Assembly (NCBI GenBank): GCA_907165135.1
Contig: OU015566.1
Coordinates: 4,712,001-4,776,000, forward strand
Length of the DNA: 64,000 bases
Direction: 5' to 3'
DNA from: Oikopleura dioica
Lineage: Eukaryota; Animalia; Chordata
The notes beneath the pieces were generated by a model. It saw only the letters and a program-made list of their open reading frames with translations, did not search any database and was not told where the DNA came from. This document shows positions 26,240 through 37,283 of the stretch, piece after piece; the first letter of the stretch is position 1; each line of letters starts with the position of its first letter. A program made the translations under genes and the position numbers.

Positions 26240-28720
26240 ATGGCTACACGACGTACACTTAACACTTATGACGAAAACAAAGTAAAAATCGTCAGACAAA
26301 AGAGAAAAATTCACCGCAGCGAACAGCACATCCGATTTCTCTCCGATTGTATCTCCCACGATCTCACGCCCGAATTTACGAAGTTTACTCCCCAACAGCT
26401 AAGTTGTGTCAATTGGTCCCCCCGAACCCTTCATGCCAAACGTATGGAACGCGTAAAGCTCGCCCTTTCGGATCAAGAGCAGAAATATCAATCTTTTAAA
26501 CTGACTCTTTCTTCTATGATTTCTGAGCTTACACATTTATTTCCTAATATCAATCTCACTTCTTTTTTGCGTACTTGTGACCGTGAAGTAAGGATTAATC
26601 AGAGGCCCTATGATATTAAACGTCGTGAAAAACTAACGCTCCTTAAAAAGACGAAACCGCGAAAATTCACGAAGGTTAATATCATAAATGAATCCCAAGT
26701 AGAAATTCCTCCCGAGATCATGGATATCTTATCGAAAGGCACAAATTTTGCCCTAGGTGGCTCTCCGAATATTTATACGATGCTTGCCAATTTTGAGACC
26801 TTCTTTCAACGATGGCGTGATCATGCTGTCGCCGTCGGCATGGACACATTATCGATTCTAGAAGTGAAACATAGGCTAGATCTAGAATTCCATGCTCTTC
26901 GAAAAACCTTCACGAAATCTTCGGATTTAAAAACACTCAATAATTTTCTTGATGCTCATCCTGAGATAACAATACTTGAGGTTGACAAATCCAAAGATCT
27001 CACTATCCTCCCCACATCGCTTTATCAAAGTAAACTGGAAGAAGAATTTGACTCTCCTAATTTTGTTAAACTTTCGAAAAATCCTTTGAAAAGTGATGTT
27101 GATCTTTTTAACAAATTAATTAAAACTTTAAAGCCATTTCTTTCTTCCGCCACTTTTAATCTAATTCGACCATCTCATGGTCTAAAGCGAGCTTTCGGTC
27201 TGCTCAAGCGACATAAGGAAGGAATGCCTTGCCGCCCAATCATTTCTAACATAGGAGCTATAACCTCGGGTTTGGAAGCATATCTACTTCCTATTTTGAA
27301 GAGATTTGCACCACAATTCAAATACGAGGTCAAAAGCACGAAAGATTTTAAGGATGTTTTTCTCAGAAACCGTCACAAATTTAATCCTAATGAACATACA
27401 GTTGTATCTTATGATATAACTAAAATGTTTCCATCAATTAATCTGAGTAAATTGATCCCTAAAATTTGCGATAAAATATATGAGTCCCCAGAATTCTATT
27501 TTACTACTGAGTTGCGAAAAGATGGTTCAAAATGTGACTTTCCTCCACGCCAAATTTTTGAAAATGTTATGACCAAGGGTCTACAATATTTCACAGCATT
27601 TGCAACCCAAAACAATTTTTACAGGCAGTTGTCGGGTGCCGCAATGGGATCCAGTACTTCCCCGGTTCTAGCCTCGATCCTTTGCTCTTTTTTCGAAAAA
27701 GAATGCATCGATCATGAGGTAGCGGTTGGGAGTGTATTGCTATATTCCAGGTACGTCGATGACGTCTGCGCGATTGTGAGGAAGGACAAAGTGGATCATC
27801 TTCATAATATTTTAAACTCTTGGGACCCAGATATTAAATTTACTGTAGAACGCCCCGAGGAAGGACGATTAAAATTTTTGGACTGCATTCTGTATTACGA
27901 TAATCATTCTCAGCAACTTGAAATGGAAACATTTCATAAATCTAAACTTAACAGACCACTTCAAAACTTTCAATCTGTCACCCCCAAGTCCCAAAAAGAA
28001 GGTTTATTGATTGGTGAGATTCATCGAATGAATAACACTTGCACTAATGAAACCAATCTTAATAAATCATTGCAAATTCTCACCAAACAATTTGTCCTTA
28101 ACGGCTACCCAGCTCATTATGTGACTGAAAATGTAAAACAAGTTCGAGATAATAAATTTAAAACACGGGAAAAGGACCCAAATATTGAGATAAGACATTA
28201 TCTCAAACTTGATTTTACTAATCCCCGGTGCGATAAAATAGGTAAAAAACTCACCCAGATTGTTCGCAAAGCAACCCCGAAATTCAAGCTCATTGTAGCT
28301 TTCAAACCGATCAGACTCAAAAATGCAATTTCACATCGACTCAAGTATAAAATTCCTGAATCGGAAAAATCGGGACTTTGCTACCAATTTGAGTGTCACT
28401 GTAAATCAACGTATATTGGAGAGACAGTTAGGCCTCTTCGAGAGCGCATTTCTGACCACTGTGTCCCATCAAGCATCTCCAATGTACGTAAACATTTCGA
28501 ATCCTGCCCCCAGTTTCTTAATGTATATCAGTCCCAGATAGCTGAGCCAAACAGCTCTAACCCACGGATTTTTACTCAATTCGCTAGATCCCGCTTCAAA
28601 ATCGTCTCCTCAAACTTGAAGCATTATCGACAGAGAACCCTCGTGGAATCTTTTATGATAAAGCTTAACCAACCTAAACTCAATGATCAAGTCAAGTTTG
28701 CCAAGACGATTTTCCTTTAG
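26240..28720 (+). CDS. Penelope-like polyprotein: reverse transcriptase + GIY-YIG endonuclease (826 aa)
   Basis: RT motifs PCRPIIS, SYDITKMFPSI, QLSGAAMGSSTSP, RYVDD, LKFLD. GIY-YIG region GLCYQFECHCKSTYIGETVRPLRERISDH..ESFMI..PKLN. Confidence 0.97.
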   Translation: MATRRTLNTYDENKVKIVRQKRKIHRSEQHIRFLSDCISHDLTPEFTKFTPQQLSCVNWSPRTLHAKRMERVKLALSDQEQKYQSFKLTLSSMISELTHLFPNINLTSFLRTCDREVRINQRPYDIKRREKLTLLKKTKPRKFTKVNIINESQVEIPPEIMDILSKGTNFALGGSPNIYTMLANFETFFQRWRDHAVAVGMDTLSILEVKHRLDLEFHALRKTFTKSSDLKTLNNFLDAHPEITILEVDKSKDLTILPTSLYQSKLEEEFDSPNFVKLSKNPLKSDVDLFNKLIKTLKPFLSSATFNLIRPSHGLKRAFGLLKRHKEGMPCRPIISNIGAITSGLEAYLLPILKRFAPQFKYEVKSTKDFKDVFLRNRHKFNPNEHTVVSYDITKMFPSINLSKLIPKICDKIYESPEFYFTTELRKDGSKCDFPPRQIFENVMTKGLQYFTAFATQNNFYRQLSGAAMGSSTSPVLASILCSFFEKECIDHEVAVGSVLLYSRYVDDVCAIVRKDKVDHLHNILNSWDPDIKFTVERPEEGRLKFLDCILYYDNHSQQLEMETFHKSKLNRPLQNFQSVTPKSQKEGLLIGEIHRMNNTCTNETNLNKSLQILTKQFVLNGYPAHYVTENVKQVRDNKFKTREKDPNIEIRHYLKLDFTNPRCDKIGKKLTQIVRKATPKFKLIVAFKPIRLKNAISHRLKYKIPESEKSGLCYQFECHCKSTYIGETVRPLRERISDHCVPSSISNVRKHFESCPQFLNVYQSQIAEPNSSNPRIFTQFARSRFKIVSSNLKHYRQRTLVESFMIKLNQPKLNDQVKFAKTIFL

Positions 28721-28896
28721 AATTCCGAGCATTTAATAGTTGAGTTTTGGCGCTCGGAATTCTTTCTCCAAAACTCAACTATTCTCTAGATAACTTATTT
28801 CGCCGGTCTCTTTCTCTCTTCTCTCTTTAGAAACTTTGCTTTCTCCTGAGAGTAAGTCTGACTATTTTAAACTTTTGTTAACTGTCTAATAGTGCC

Positions 28897-28934
28897 TGAC
28901 TGATGATGGAGCTTGAACTCCGAAAGATCTATCA
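28897..28934 (+). ncRNA. Minimal type I hammerhead ribozyme in the 3' pLTR (identical copy)
   Basis: Same sequence as 26148-26185. Confidence 0.8.
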
Positions 28935-29175
28935 ATAAAAACATCCAGAAAACTTATGGAATAATATTGTATATATTCTTTAAATAATTTATATTTCCAA
29001 ACCCTTTTGAAGAAACCGCGAAAAACTTTCAATTCATGCTAGTTGTCATTATCTTCCTCATCGTCATTGTAGGAATAGCTGTCTACACAAATTTATCGTC
29101 AGAATAACCAACTCAATAAACAACAACAAGAAAAAAACACATGCTTCTTTATTTCTCTAGAAAAAAAAGGATTGA

Positions 29176-29744
29176 TCATTCGCAGTTGTCCAAAACGCAC
29201 ATTTTGCAGGCGATGGATTTTCGGTCAGCGCCACAAACTTTCGGGCATTTTTCATTTTCGCACTGATTTTTAGCGCCGCGGGTTTTTTTCAAAAAGCGGC
29301 CGCAGTGGCTTTTTTGGCAGCTTTTGCAGTCGTCGTCGATCACCTTAGCTTGTTTGTTTGATGATTTTGAAAGGGGATAACCTGGCATTGATTGTTGCAG
29401 TGATGGTTGACGCATTTTCGCATGTGATTTTTCGGCTCGGAGCAGTTTTTCTCGCCCATGCAAGTTTCACAGCCATCAGAGAAGAAAAGATTGTTGTCGC
29501 AAACATTGCTGAATTCTGGGCTCGGCAACCTGTCTAAAAACCTGAGTCAGGGTCATGTTAAAGCTCTGATCAAAGCTCTTTTAAGATCCTGACTCAGGTT
29601 TTCGACACAGGTTGCCGAGCCCAGACTGCATGGTTTCATGCATTCCAAGAAGGAGAGATATCGGTCCTTTTCTTCCTGCGTTCCGAAGTACGCTTGTTTC
29701 TTGGAGGCGAAAATTTGGATGAAAAGGAGGCTAAAAATCTTCAT
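29176..29744 (-). CDS. Small secreted cysteine-rich protein of unknown family
   Basis: MKIFSLLFIQIFA signal, then ..ECMKPC|..NVCDNNLFFSDGCETC..CNNQCQ|VIDDDCKSCQKSHC..CKMCVLDNCE*. The first intron is a MITE. Confidence 0.7.
29516..29624. mobile_element. 109-bp CCTGAGTCAGG-family MITE forming intron 1 of the Cys-rich gene
   Basis: 18-bp TIR ctgggctcggcaacctgt/acaggttgccgagcccag. Flanks gctgaatt/actgcatg match at 5 of 8 positions (decayed TSD). Confidence 0.88.
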
Positions 29745-30577
29745 TTTTTCTCTTTTTTATTTTCAAAACTGAGAAGTTTTGCAGTGTTGGAAATGTCAGA
29801 GAGCTTATTTTTGACCTTTCAGATGATTCAGATCTGAGCATCTTTTTTGAGAAGATTTGATGGCTACGAATCTAAGCACCAAGGATTGCCGATCCAGGGT
29901 TGAACCTTGCGACAAGAAATGCAGTGTTTTGCGCGATCGGTATCTGTTTTTGGTGAAAACACAGTTCACGTCATCGCCGAACTACCAAAAACGAATTAGA
30001 AAGCGCAGCAGTCTCCAACACAAATTCAATATCTCGTTTAATTCCTGATCCTCTGTTTGGGATGATTTTTCTCTTCGCATATTTTTTCTCAAGATCATCT
30101 AAAATCAGTAGAAATCAATATTTTTAATTTTATGTCTGATTGAATATTTTTTATAAGAAGAATTAAATTATCAATAAATAATTAAATGAAATATATTTCT
30201 CATTTTAAAAAATTCAAACTTGAAAGAAAAATATTTTAAAGATTGTTTGAAATGAAAAAAAAAGCAAAAAAATTTTTTTTAATTTTAATTTTTATCTTTA
30301 AAACTCTTTAAGCCACTTTTTCTTGGAAGCCTTATTTTTAATTATCCTCCAAAAAGTTGCTTTCGATGCAGAAAATCAAGGTCGCATCAAAATTTTTATC
30401 AAAAATTTATCGAGATTTCGCCTGCCTTTGCTCTCGCGCGCCCCTTTTTTTCATCACCATCACCAAAAGCCGTAGCTTTCCCGCTCCAAATTGAATCATT
30501 TTGGAGAGCTCTCCTTTTGTAAATTTTTGACATTTCGTATTCTCGATAAGAGAATCGAAAAAAGAGAAAAGCTGAAA

Positions 30578-32159
30578 ATGAAAATTTTTCTTAGCTTTTT
30601 CGCCACTGCTGTTCTTGGCTGCGAAACTGATCGGGTTTTTGCTGAAAGAGAATTGAGCAGAATTGTTGAGCACTCGCAAAAAGCGGTTAGAAAGATGAAA
30701 ATTTACTAATTTTAATTACCTAATATTTGGAAAAAAATTAAAAATAATTTAACAATAAAAAAAATGAATTTAAAAAATAAATAATTTATAAGAAATAATA
30801 ATTGAATAAAATATTTTATCAAATAATTATATTTTTAAAATAATTTCCAGGTCGATGAGTGGCTCGGTTGGTCCCCATCATCAGATTCCTTCAAACGTCG
30901 ATTTTCAAAAATCGGTGGCCAAATGCTCGACGCCTTTACCGCCTGCCACAACGAAACTAAAAATCAAGATCGCGAATACCACCACGACGCTCACGCTGAA
31001 GGCCATCTCCTGCTCCACCACCACGAGAACATCTTCGGCTGTTCTTCAAAACTGACGATTGTGTCTCCTCTTGGCGATTTGACGCATTGCTTGATCCCTG
31101 TCGATTACAACTCGTTGGAGATTTTGAGGAAAGAGCCGCCGTGTGTCGAGGGGATCACGTTTGGGATCAAGGATGATCTCGTTTGGACGCAACTAGGACT
31201 GTGATCGAAAATATCAACGACTCTCCCCCAATTGTTAGGAGGGGGTCATTTGCCCCTAACTCCAACCCTAACCTAGGGCTCCGCCTCCAGGAAACCTCCC
31301 CTTCCCCCTTAGTCTTACCCAGGGGGCTTTGCACCTCGGGACCCCCCCTAACTTAGGGGCCCTAAGGCCTAACAGAGGAGGCTTCGCCCCAAGGGAAAAA
31401 TCATCGGGTAGAGGGGAGTCAAGTCGGGCAGCCCCTTACCCTTAGCCAAGCCTAGGGGGCTTCTTCTCCCGGTACCTCCCCCTGCCCTTAGGCCTATCCA
31501 AGGACCCCTCATAAAGTACCTTCAGTCTCCTAACCCTAAGTCTAACCGAAATAGGGCTAATAGAGGTGCACGACCGATAATCCCGCTACAACCCCCGTTT
31601 TAATATCATGAATTTTTTCATCACAAAAAGGTTGTTCCGTGGAAGTCTCCTTGACGAAAATCGAAGCTGAATTTTCCCCAGAAGCTCCAGTTTCGACTCC
31701 AAAGCCAGAAGTCACCCAATTAACCCTCCGCTGCGAATCGGAACATGAATCGCGAAAACACTGCAACTTCGAAGGCGACTTCAATGATTTCTACTTGACA
31801 ACTACTCTTGGAGAAGCGAGCTGCAAAAGAGACGTGAGCTACGGCTTCTCGGAGAATATGAAGTACATTTGGGTCGATGAAGGCTGTTTTGCTGAGTTTC
31901 TTCTTTTCAAGGAATGTTTCAAAAAATTGATCCATTTTTGAATGAATATTTTTTGAAACGCAAAAAAGCGCGAGCGAAAGCCGCAAAAGTCGACAACCAA
32001 CTTTCCGGCGACAAAGTCGTAGAAAGCATCGCCGCCCGACTTCTCAAATGGGCCGATCGATATCTCCAAAGCTGCAAGCATCAGTACATTCAGGCCTTCA
32101 AAGCCGTCACAAAAGTGAAACGACTCAATCTCAGCGTCCAAAATACTTTCAAAATGTAA
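30578..32159 (+). CDS. Secreted protein with two DUF3011/lectin-like Cys domains
   Basis: Signal MKIFLSFFATAVLG. Repeated motif C..G.T/SF/YG....I/VW...GC (CVEGITFGIKDDLVWTQLGC and CKRDVSYGFSENMKYIWVDEGC). Family assignment is from memory. Confidence 0.65.
31197..31630 (+). other. GA-AG intron filled with GC-rich CCCTAA/CCTAGG-like degenerate repeats
   Basis: caactag|gactgt...cacaaaaag|gttgt restores WTQLGC, parallel to WVDEGC in the second domain. The GT 4 nt downstream is out of phase. Confidence 0.72.
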
Positions 32160-32300
32160 ATTTTTTGTTGAAGACTTTATTCTGTAAAATAAAAGGAAGA
32201 AATAAGAATTTCATAAAAAAAAATTTTATGACGACTATAACCGGAAGGACCAGTAATGGGTTGGAGAATGCAAGGTTGAGAAATTCAATGATATCAGGTC

Positions 32301-34491
32301 TTAGTAATTTGGGTTCATGTAATTCACATCAGTCCAAGCAATTCTTGGCAAGGCATCCAAGTTAAATGAAGCTAAACAAGTTTCTTTTTGACGGATTCTT
32401 TGCAAACACGCAAGTACCTGTGGTCGGATCGAAGCAGGGTTCTCTGTTGCCACACGCTCTCAAGCAGCCGTAGCATGTCGACTGGCCGAATCGTCTTGTC
32501 TGAAGCTTGTGCTCAGGCCGGCAAGTACTTTGCCACATAAATGGTGCCATAAAGTTGTTGCTTAAAAGAGTATTAACTCAAGTCTCAGTTTGAATTCAGC
32601 GCTTACTTTAAGCTTCTTAAGCATTGCAGTTCGTTGAAGCACCTTATATCCAGCTGCGTTACTTCTCCACGATCCATTCTTACTTCCACTCCACAGATGT
32701 CCCCAGCTAGAAATTAAGAGAGTAAAATATTAATTCAAGCAATATTTTGTTCTTACTGTTGCATGACTAGGCCTCGGACGTAAAAAAGACGATTTTCACC
32801 ATCCGGTCATCGTACGGGAACATGAGAGGGCTCATTCGAAAGGTCTTGATAAGGGCTTTCTATTTGACCGATAAAAAAACTGGGCCCTCCCTTTCTGTTA
32901 CGAGTTATTTTGAAAAATATTTTTCGAAGCTTACCTTCAAAGTCAAATATCTCGAAAAAGGAGGACAGGGCCCAGTTTTTTTATAAGCCCAACAGAAAGC
33001 CCTGTTCAAGAGCTTTCGAATGAGCCTACTCTTGTTACCGTACGACGACCGGCTGGTGGTGATGAATTTTTACGTCCGAGGCCTATGCATGACTGTAGCG
33101 CCATCGAGCTTTTACAATCAGCGTAAGTCTGGGCGGTTGTCAATCCAGCACCTGAGCAAACATTGCATTCGGGAAGGTTAGTAACTGTTCGGAAATCGAG
33201 GTAAAGAGTGACACAGACTTGGTCAGAATTTCTGTTCATTGGATCGTAGGCAATCGCGCAGAGCTCGGTTGACCTTTCACTCCACAAGTCATCATCGGGC
33301 TCCCAGGAACAGTAGGAATCGCCGGTGAATTTGTTGACTCCTAAGCAAGTCATTCCTGGAGGCAAGGAATAAACGATTCGGTCGATGTCGAAGCGCTCCT
33401 CATTGTTCCAAGTGTACGAGGCGGTGAAGAGGATGTTGATCTTATGCCAGATACCAATGCTGCGCCCTTGGTTGGGTGTGTTTCCCTTGAAACTCGGTCG
33501 ACCATCGCAATACGCTGGAAAATCAGCAGCTGGAAACCAAATATTCGCCCTAAGCTGGACTGGAATCGAAGATCTCATATTTCCGTCGCTGTCGAAATCC
33601 TCGATTTGAATGGCAATCGGTTGGGTTCCAGGAGAAGCGTTTTGTCCAGGTACGTATGTGATGATGCAATTTTCCTCGTCGAGAACCAGGGAGTCAAATC
33701 TGCCGTTTACCCGCGCCATTCCTCCCGCTTCATCGGAAGTTGCCCAGCGACAACGAACACTGTCGCCGTTGTTGTCGACAGGAGCAAGGTTGAATTGTTG
33801 GTTGTTGCAGCCGAACATGATGTTCCATCTGTTAGGAATTCTGAGGAGGATTTTAAGGATAGTGTTTTGATTGGCTGGTAGGCCAAATTTATCATGTTTA
33901 TTGGCTGCTTATTATAAAGCATTCTTGTCGGTTATTTACCTGTATACAGTAGGGGAGTCATTAAAGATGTCGTTAACCTTGGCTTCTATCGTATAATTTG
34001 CGCTAGCGACACTGTTACCGTCGTCGTCAGTCAAGTCAGTGGTGCAACAGCCTTCGCCGCGATGAATGAAGGGCTCATTGACAACGAATATTTCGCTATT
34101 GGTTCCAAAGCAGTAATGATCGTCAAAATCTAGCTTGTCGGAGACATCAAATTCGCTGACCCGGTACGTCCCAGATGTTCCTGACTGACCAGCATCGAGC
34201 AGAACATCGCCGGAAAAATTAACGATTGTCTCATTAATAACTCGATCGCTTAATAAAAAGAATGAAAAAAATCAAGATAGAATCATAAACATACCTTTGT
34301 GTTTCATTGAAGACATCGTTCCTAGTACATCCAGAAACGTAGCCAGCTGCGTAACGTTGCCATGCCATTCGTCGTCGGACAGTAAGTCGGCGTTCCGACC
34401 ACGAGTAACTGTACTCAAATGAGCCAGCTCGATAATCCGTCGCTTGGACAAAAAATTGCGCAATAACATGTAATTGAATGAAAACTCTCAT
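32301..34491 (-). CDS. Secreted protein with an (S)H/DYRGG-type N-terminus, a D.NGDSVRCRW module and a C-terminal Cys-rich domain
   Basis: ORFs 34234..34497, 33006..33818 and 32362..32550 plus short exons. Motifs DYRAGSF, PVDNNGDSVRCRWA, PIAIQIEDF, SSIPVQL. Confidence 0.7.
32768..33085. mobile_element. 318-bp hAT-like MITE inserted 11 nt upstream of an exon's native donor
   Basis: 19-bp TIR taggcctcggacgtaaaaa/tttttacgtccgaggccta. Perfect 8-bp TSD tgcatgac at 32760-32767 and 33086-33093. Extensive internal pairing. Confidence 0.93.
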
Positions 34492-34787
34492 CTTCAAGTT
34501 TCAAAAATTTGAATTTGAAGTTGAGATCTGATGTCGAAACTGAATTGCGCCGGATTTTAAAGCAAGAAATACGGACTTTTGCCAGTAAGTTCGTTTTGTC
34601 GCGGTAAGCAACAGATAGATCAGGAAATGTTAAGCCGGCAGACCTTTCGAAATGGCGATTGAGAAAAATGAAAAGACGTGGCCACCGTGCGACTTTTCAC
34701 AAAATAAGCAAAATTCAAGATCGAAAATAAATCTTTTTTATTTCATTTTTCATTAAAAAAATGAGAAGAAATCAATGTGCAAGAATT

Positions 34788-36286
34788 TCACACAAGAATA
34801 AACAAGAAAAGAAGACCAAGAGCAACGCCCATCTCTCGAGCTCCATTGACTTTCATTTCCACATCATTCGATTTCGCTTCGAATTCGCAGTCAGCATATC
34901 GAGCTCCAGTTGGTTCAGGAGTAGCCTGGCACTGCGCTAAATCATGTTTTTTTATTTCGACCTTGGAAAAGAAAACTTACGAAAGTTCGGCTCTTTCAAA
35001 ATCGCATCCATTACATAAAGTGTCCACTCGTCATATGGCTCCAGGTCGATTGTGTGATAAAACGCAGCCAGTTGAAGAATACTGTATGGAAGGTGGCAGA
35101 TGAACTCGTTCGTTATTTCACCAACGGTGACAGTTACTGGGGGATTTCCAGCGTTGTACTCAGTTACGTAAGCGTCAATATAAGCGTCGAACTTTGAATC
35201 TTTGTCGTCGTTTGGTAGCTCTAGAAATGAAAATAGAGCGGGTTAATAGTGCGCTTACTGTTCCAGAAATAGAGCAGATCCCAAATTCTCGGGCCAATGT
35301 TCGAATTGTCGTAGTCGAGAAGGCGGTAAGTTCCGTCATTGAGTTTGAAAATATTGCCCAAGTGAGGATCGCCATGGGTAAAGACAGCTGGAGAGGGGGC
35401 CATTTCTGCTTGATCTCGTGCATATTCGTAGAACTCTTGTAAGGTCTCCATGTCACCGATTCCTTCCCTTAAATTTTCGATTCAAAGAATGGTCGGTGAT
35501 CTTTTCCCCTACTCTTGCGCGTGGTCGTGAATAAAGTCCCTCGCTTCTTCGTAGTAATCATCGTTCATGTGCTCCCCATAAGCGACTGTATTCCACGGCC
35601 AGTGCTGGCTGCAAAAATCTCTGTTCATGTTTGTTTCTTCATATGGCACCAGATGATTCTTCGCGAGCAACCTGGCTACAGCAAAGATATCATCGTCGGT
35701 AGGCAGGGTGTCTTCTAGGTCTGTGCCGTTCAAATACTCTTGAACCACGGCGAAATTCAAGTTGGCAAAAGGCTCTCCATCGTTGTATGTTTTGTAAATC
35801 TCTGCGCCGATTCCGTTGCTTCCAGCGTTTTCATATGCGTTGAGGACATCGTCAAGTCGGTTTTTGTTCTCCCTAAAATCTTTTTTTTTCGGCATATTTA
35901 TGAGTAAAAATACCTGTAAAAGTTAATGGAATCCGAATCGTTATACAATTTCACAAGAGTTTTTCGCTCAAGAATCGTTCCCGAATCCGTCGTTATGTCG
36001 TAGGTACATTCCCATAACTTGGCTTGAGCACCACTGAATCTGTATCTTTATGAAAGGTTGCATAAAAGAATCGAATAGAAATACGAAAATTTTGAGAAAC
36101 CAGACCAAAAACTTTGGGATCACCGCCAGCAACGTCTCTGCAAATCTCTTCTGCTTTTGCTGTTTCGTCGGCGGTAGGATCGGCCAGGATCGAACTGATT
36201 GCTACTCATGGTTCAAATCTTTCTTTTGAATTCGGCAATTTTGACTAAGATTTTTAACCCGCATCTAAAAGGAGAAGAAACTTCAT
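34788..36286 (-). CDS. Choline/ethanolamine-kinase (APH-like) phosphotransferase with a predicted signal peptide and hydrophobic C-terminal tail
   Basis: FTHGDPHLGNIF and RLLDYDNSNIGPRIWDL (Brenner-type motifs). Spliced C-terminus ..GAREMGVALGLLFLFILV*. The N-terminal exon is less certain. Confidence 0.65.
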
Positions 36287-37283
36287 GGTAAACCAAACAA
36301 AAACAATTGAATCTCATCATCATATTTCTAGAAAATTTCAATTACAGAGTCAACGAAGTAAACCGTAAGCCGTAAGCCCTGGAGCGTGTAGTAAATCATA
36401 ATTCTCCAATTCAGAATTCTCCTTGTTGATTTTCGTCATTGTTTCAAAAATCCGCCTGATTAACTTTATAAAGCTCCGTCAACAGAATTCAAAATGACCA
36501 AATGACCATCGCCGGAGCGTAAAAACGAAAAATTCCAAAAAGAATTCTTCTCCTCGTTTTTTTTTCTCCCTCTTTTGTCTCGCGATTTGTCAGCTACACT
36601 CGTAAAAGGTATCATATCTCGGCGATAAAGTTTCATTTGAGGCGCGTTTTTTCAAAAAGAAAAAATCAAACAAAGCCAAAATCGGCAAATTAAACACTTG
36701 AAATCGAAGGTTAAGCAGAGAAGTGGTATCCTTATCCTTGTTAAAAAGGGAGAAATCGCCAGAGGGCATTTGCAGCTCCACTAAACCCAACCTAGAAAAC
36801 TACCGGTCCGAGCAAGAGAAATCTCAAAGAGGAAAAATGAAAACTGGAGAGAGAAAATGATGATCGAAATTTGATTTTACGAAGAAAAAATAAATAAAAA
36901 AGAGGTTAGCGAAAAACAGTTTTATTGAGATTTCTAAGCGGAAAAAATTATGACAGTCATGGAATTTCTTAAAAATTATTTTATCTAGTAAAAAAATTTA
37001 TTTTTAAATTAAAATGATGGTAATTTTATTGTTTATTTATCATTTAAATTAAAAGTAATTTTTTAATATAAATAAAATTTAAAATATTATTATTGAATTT
37101 TTAATAAATTTTTCATATTTCGATTTTAAATCAACAATTCTGAATATTTAACTAAAATAGTTAATTATAAATTAATAATTTAATAAAAATGTAAAATGCA
37201 AAATGCTTATTTAGACACTCATTAATCCTATGCTATCCTAGCATCAAAAAGCCAACAGTAAAACATGATCTATTTTCAGAACA

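Larger units (their letters stand above)
25794..28957 (+). mobile_element. Intact Penelope-like retroelement with a 5' inverted plus direct pseudo-LTR arrangement
   Basis: 223-bp identical direct repeats 25986-26208 and 28735-28957. Perfect 208-bp inverted arms 25794-26001 and 26019-26226. Flanking duplication tggaataatatt at 25781-25792 and 28957-28968. Confidence 0.95.
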
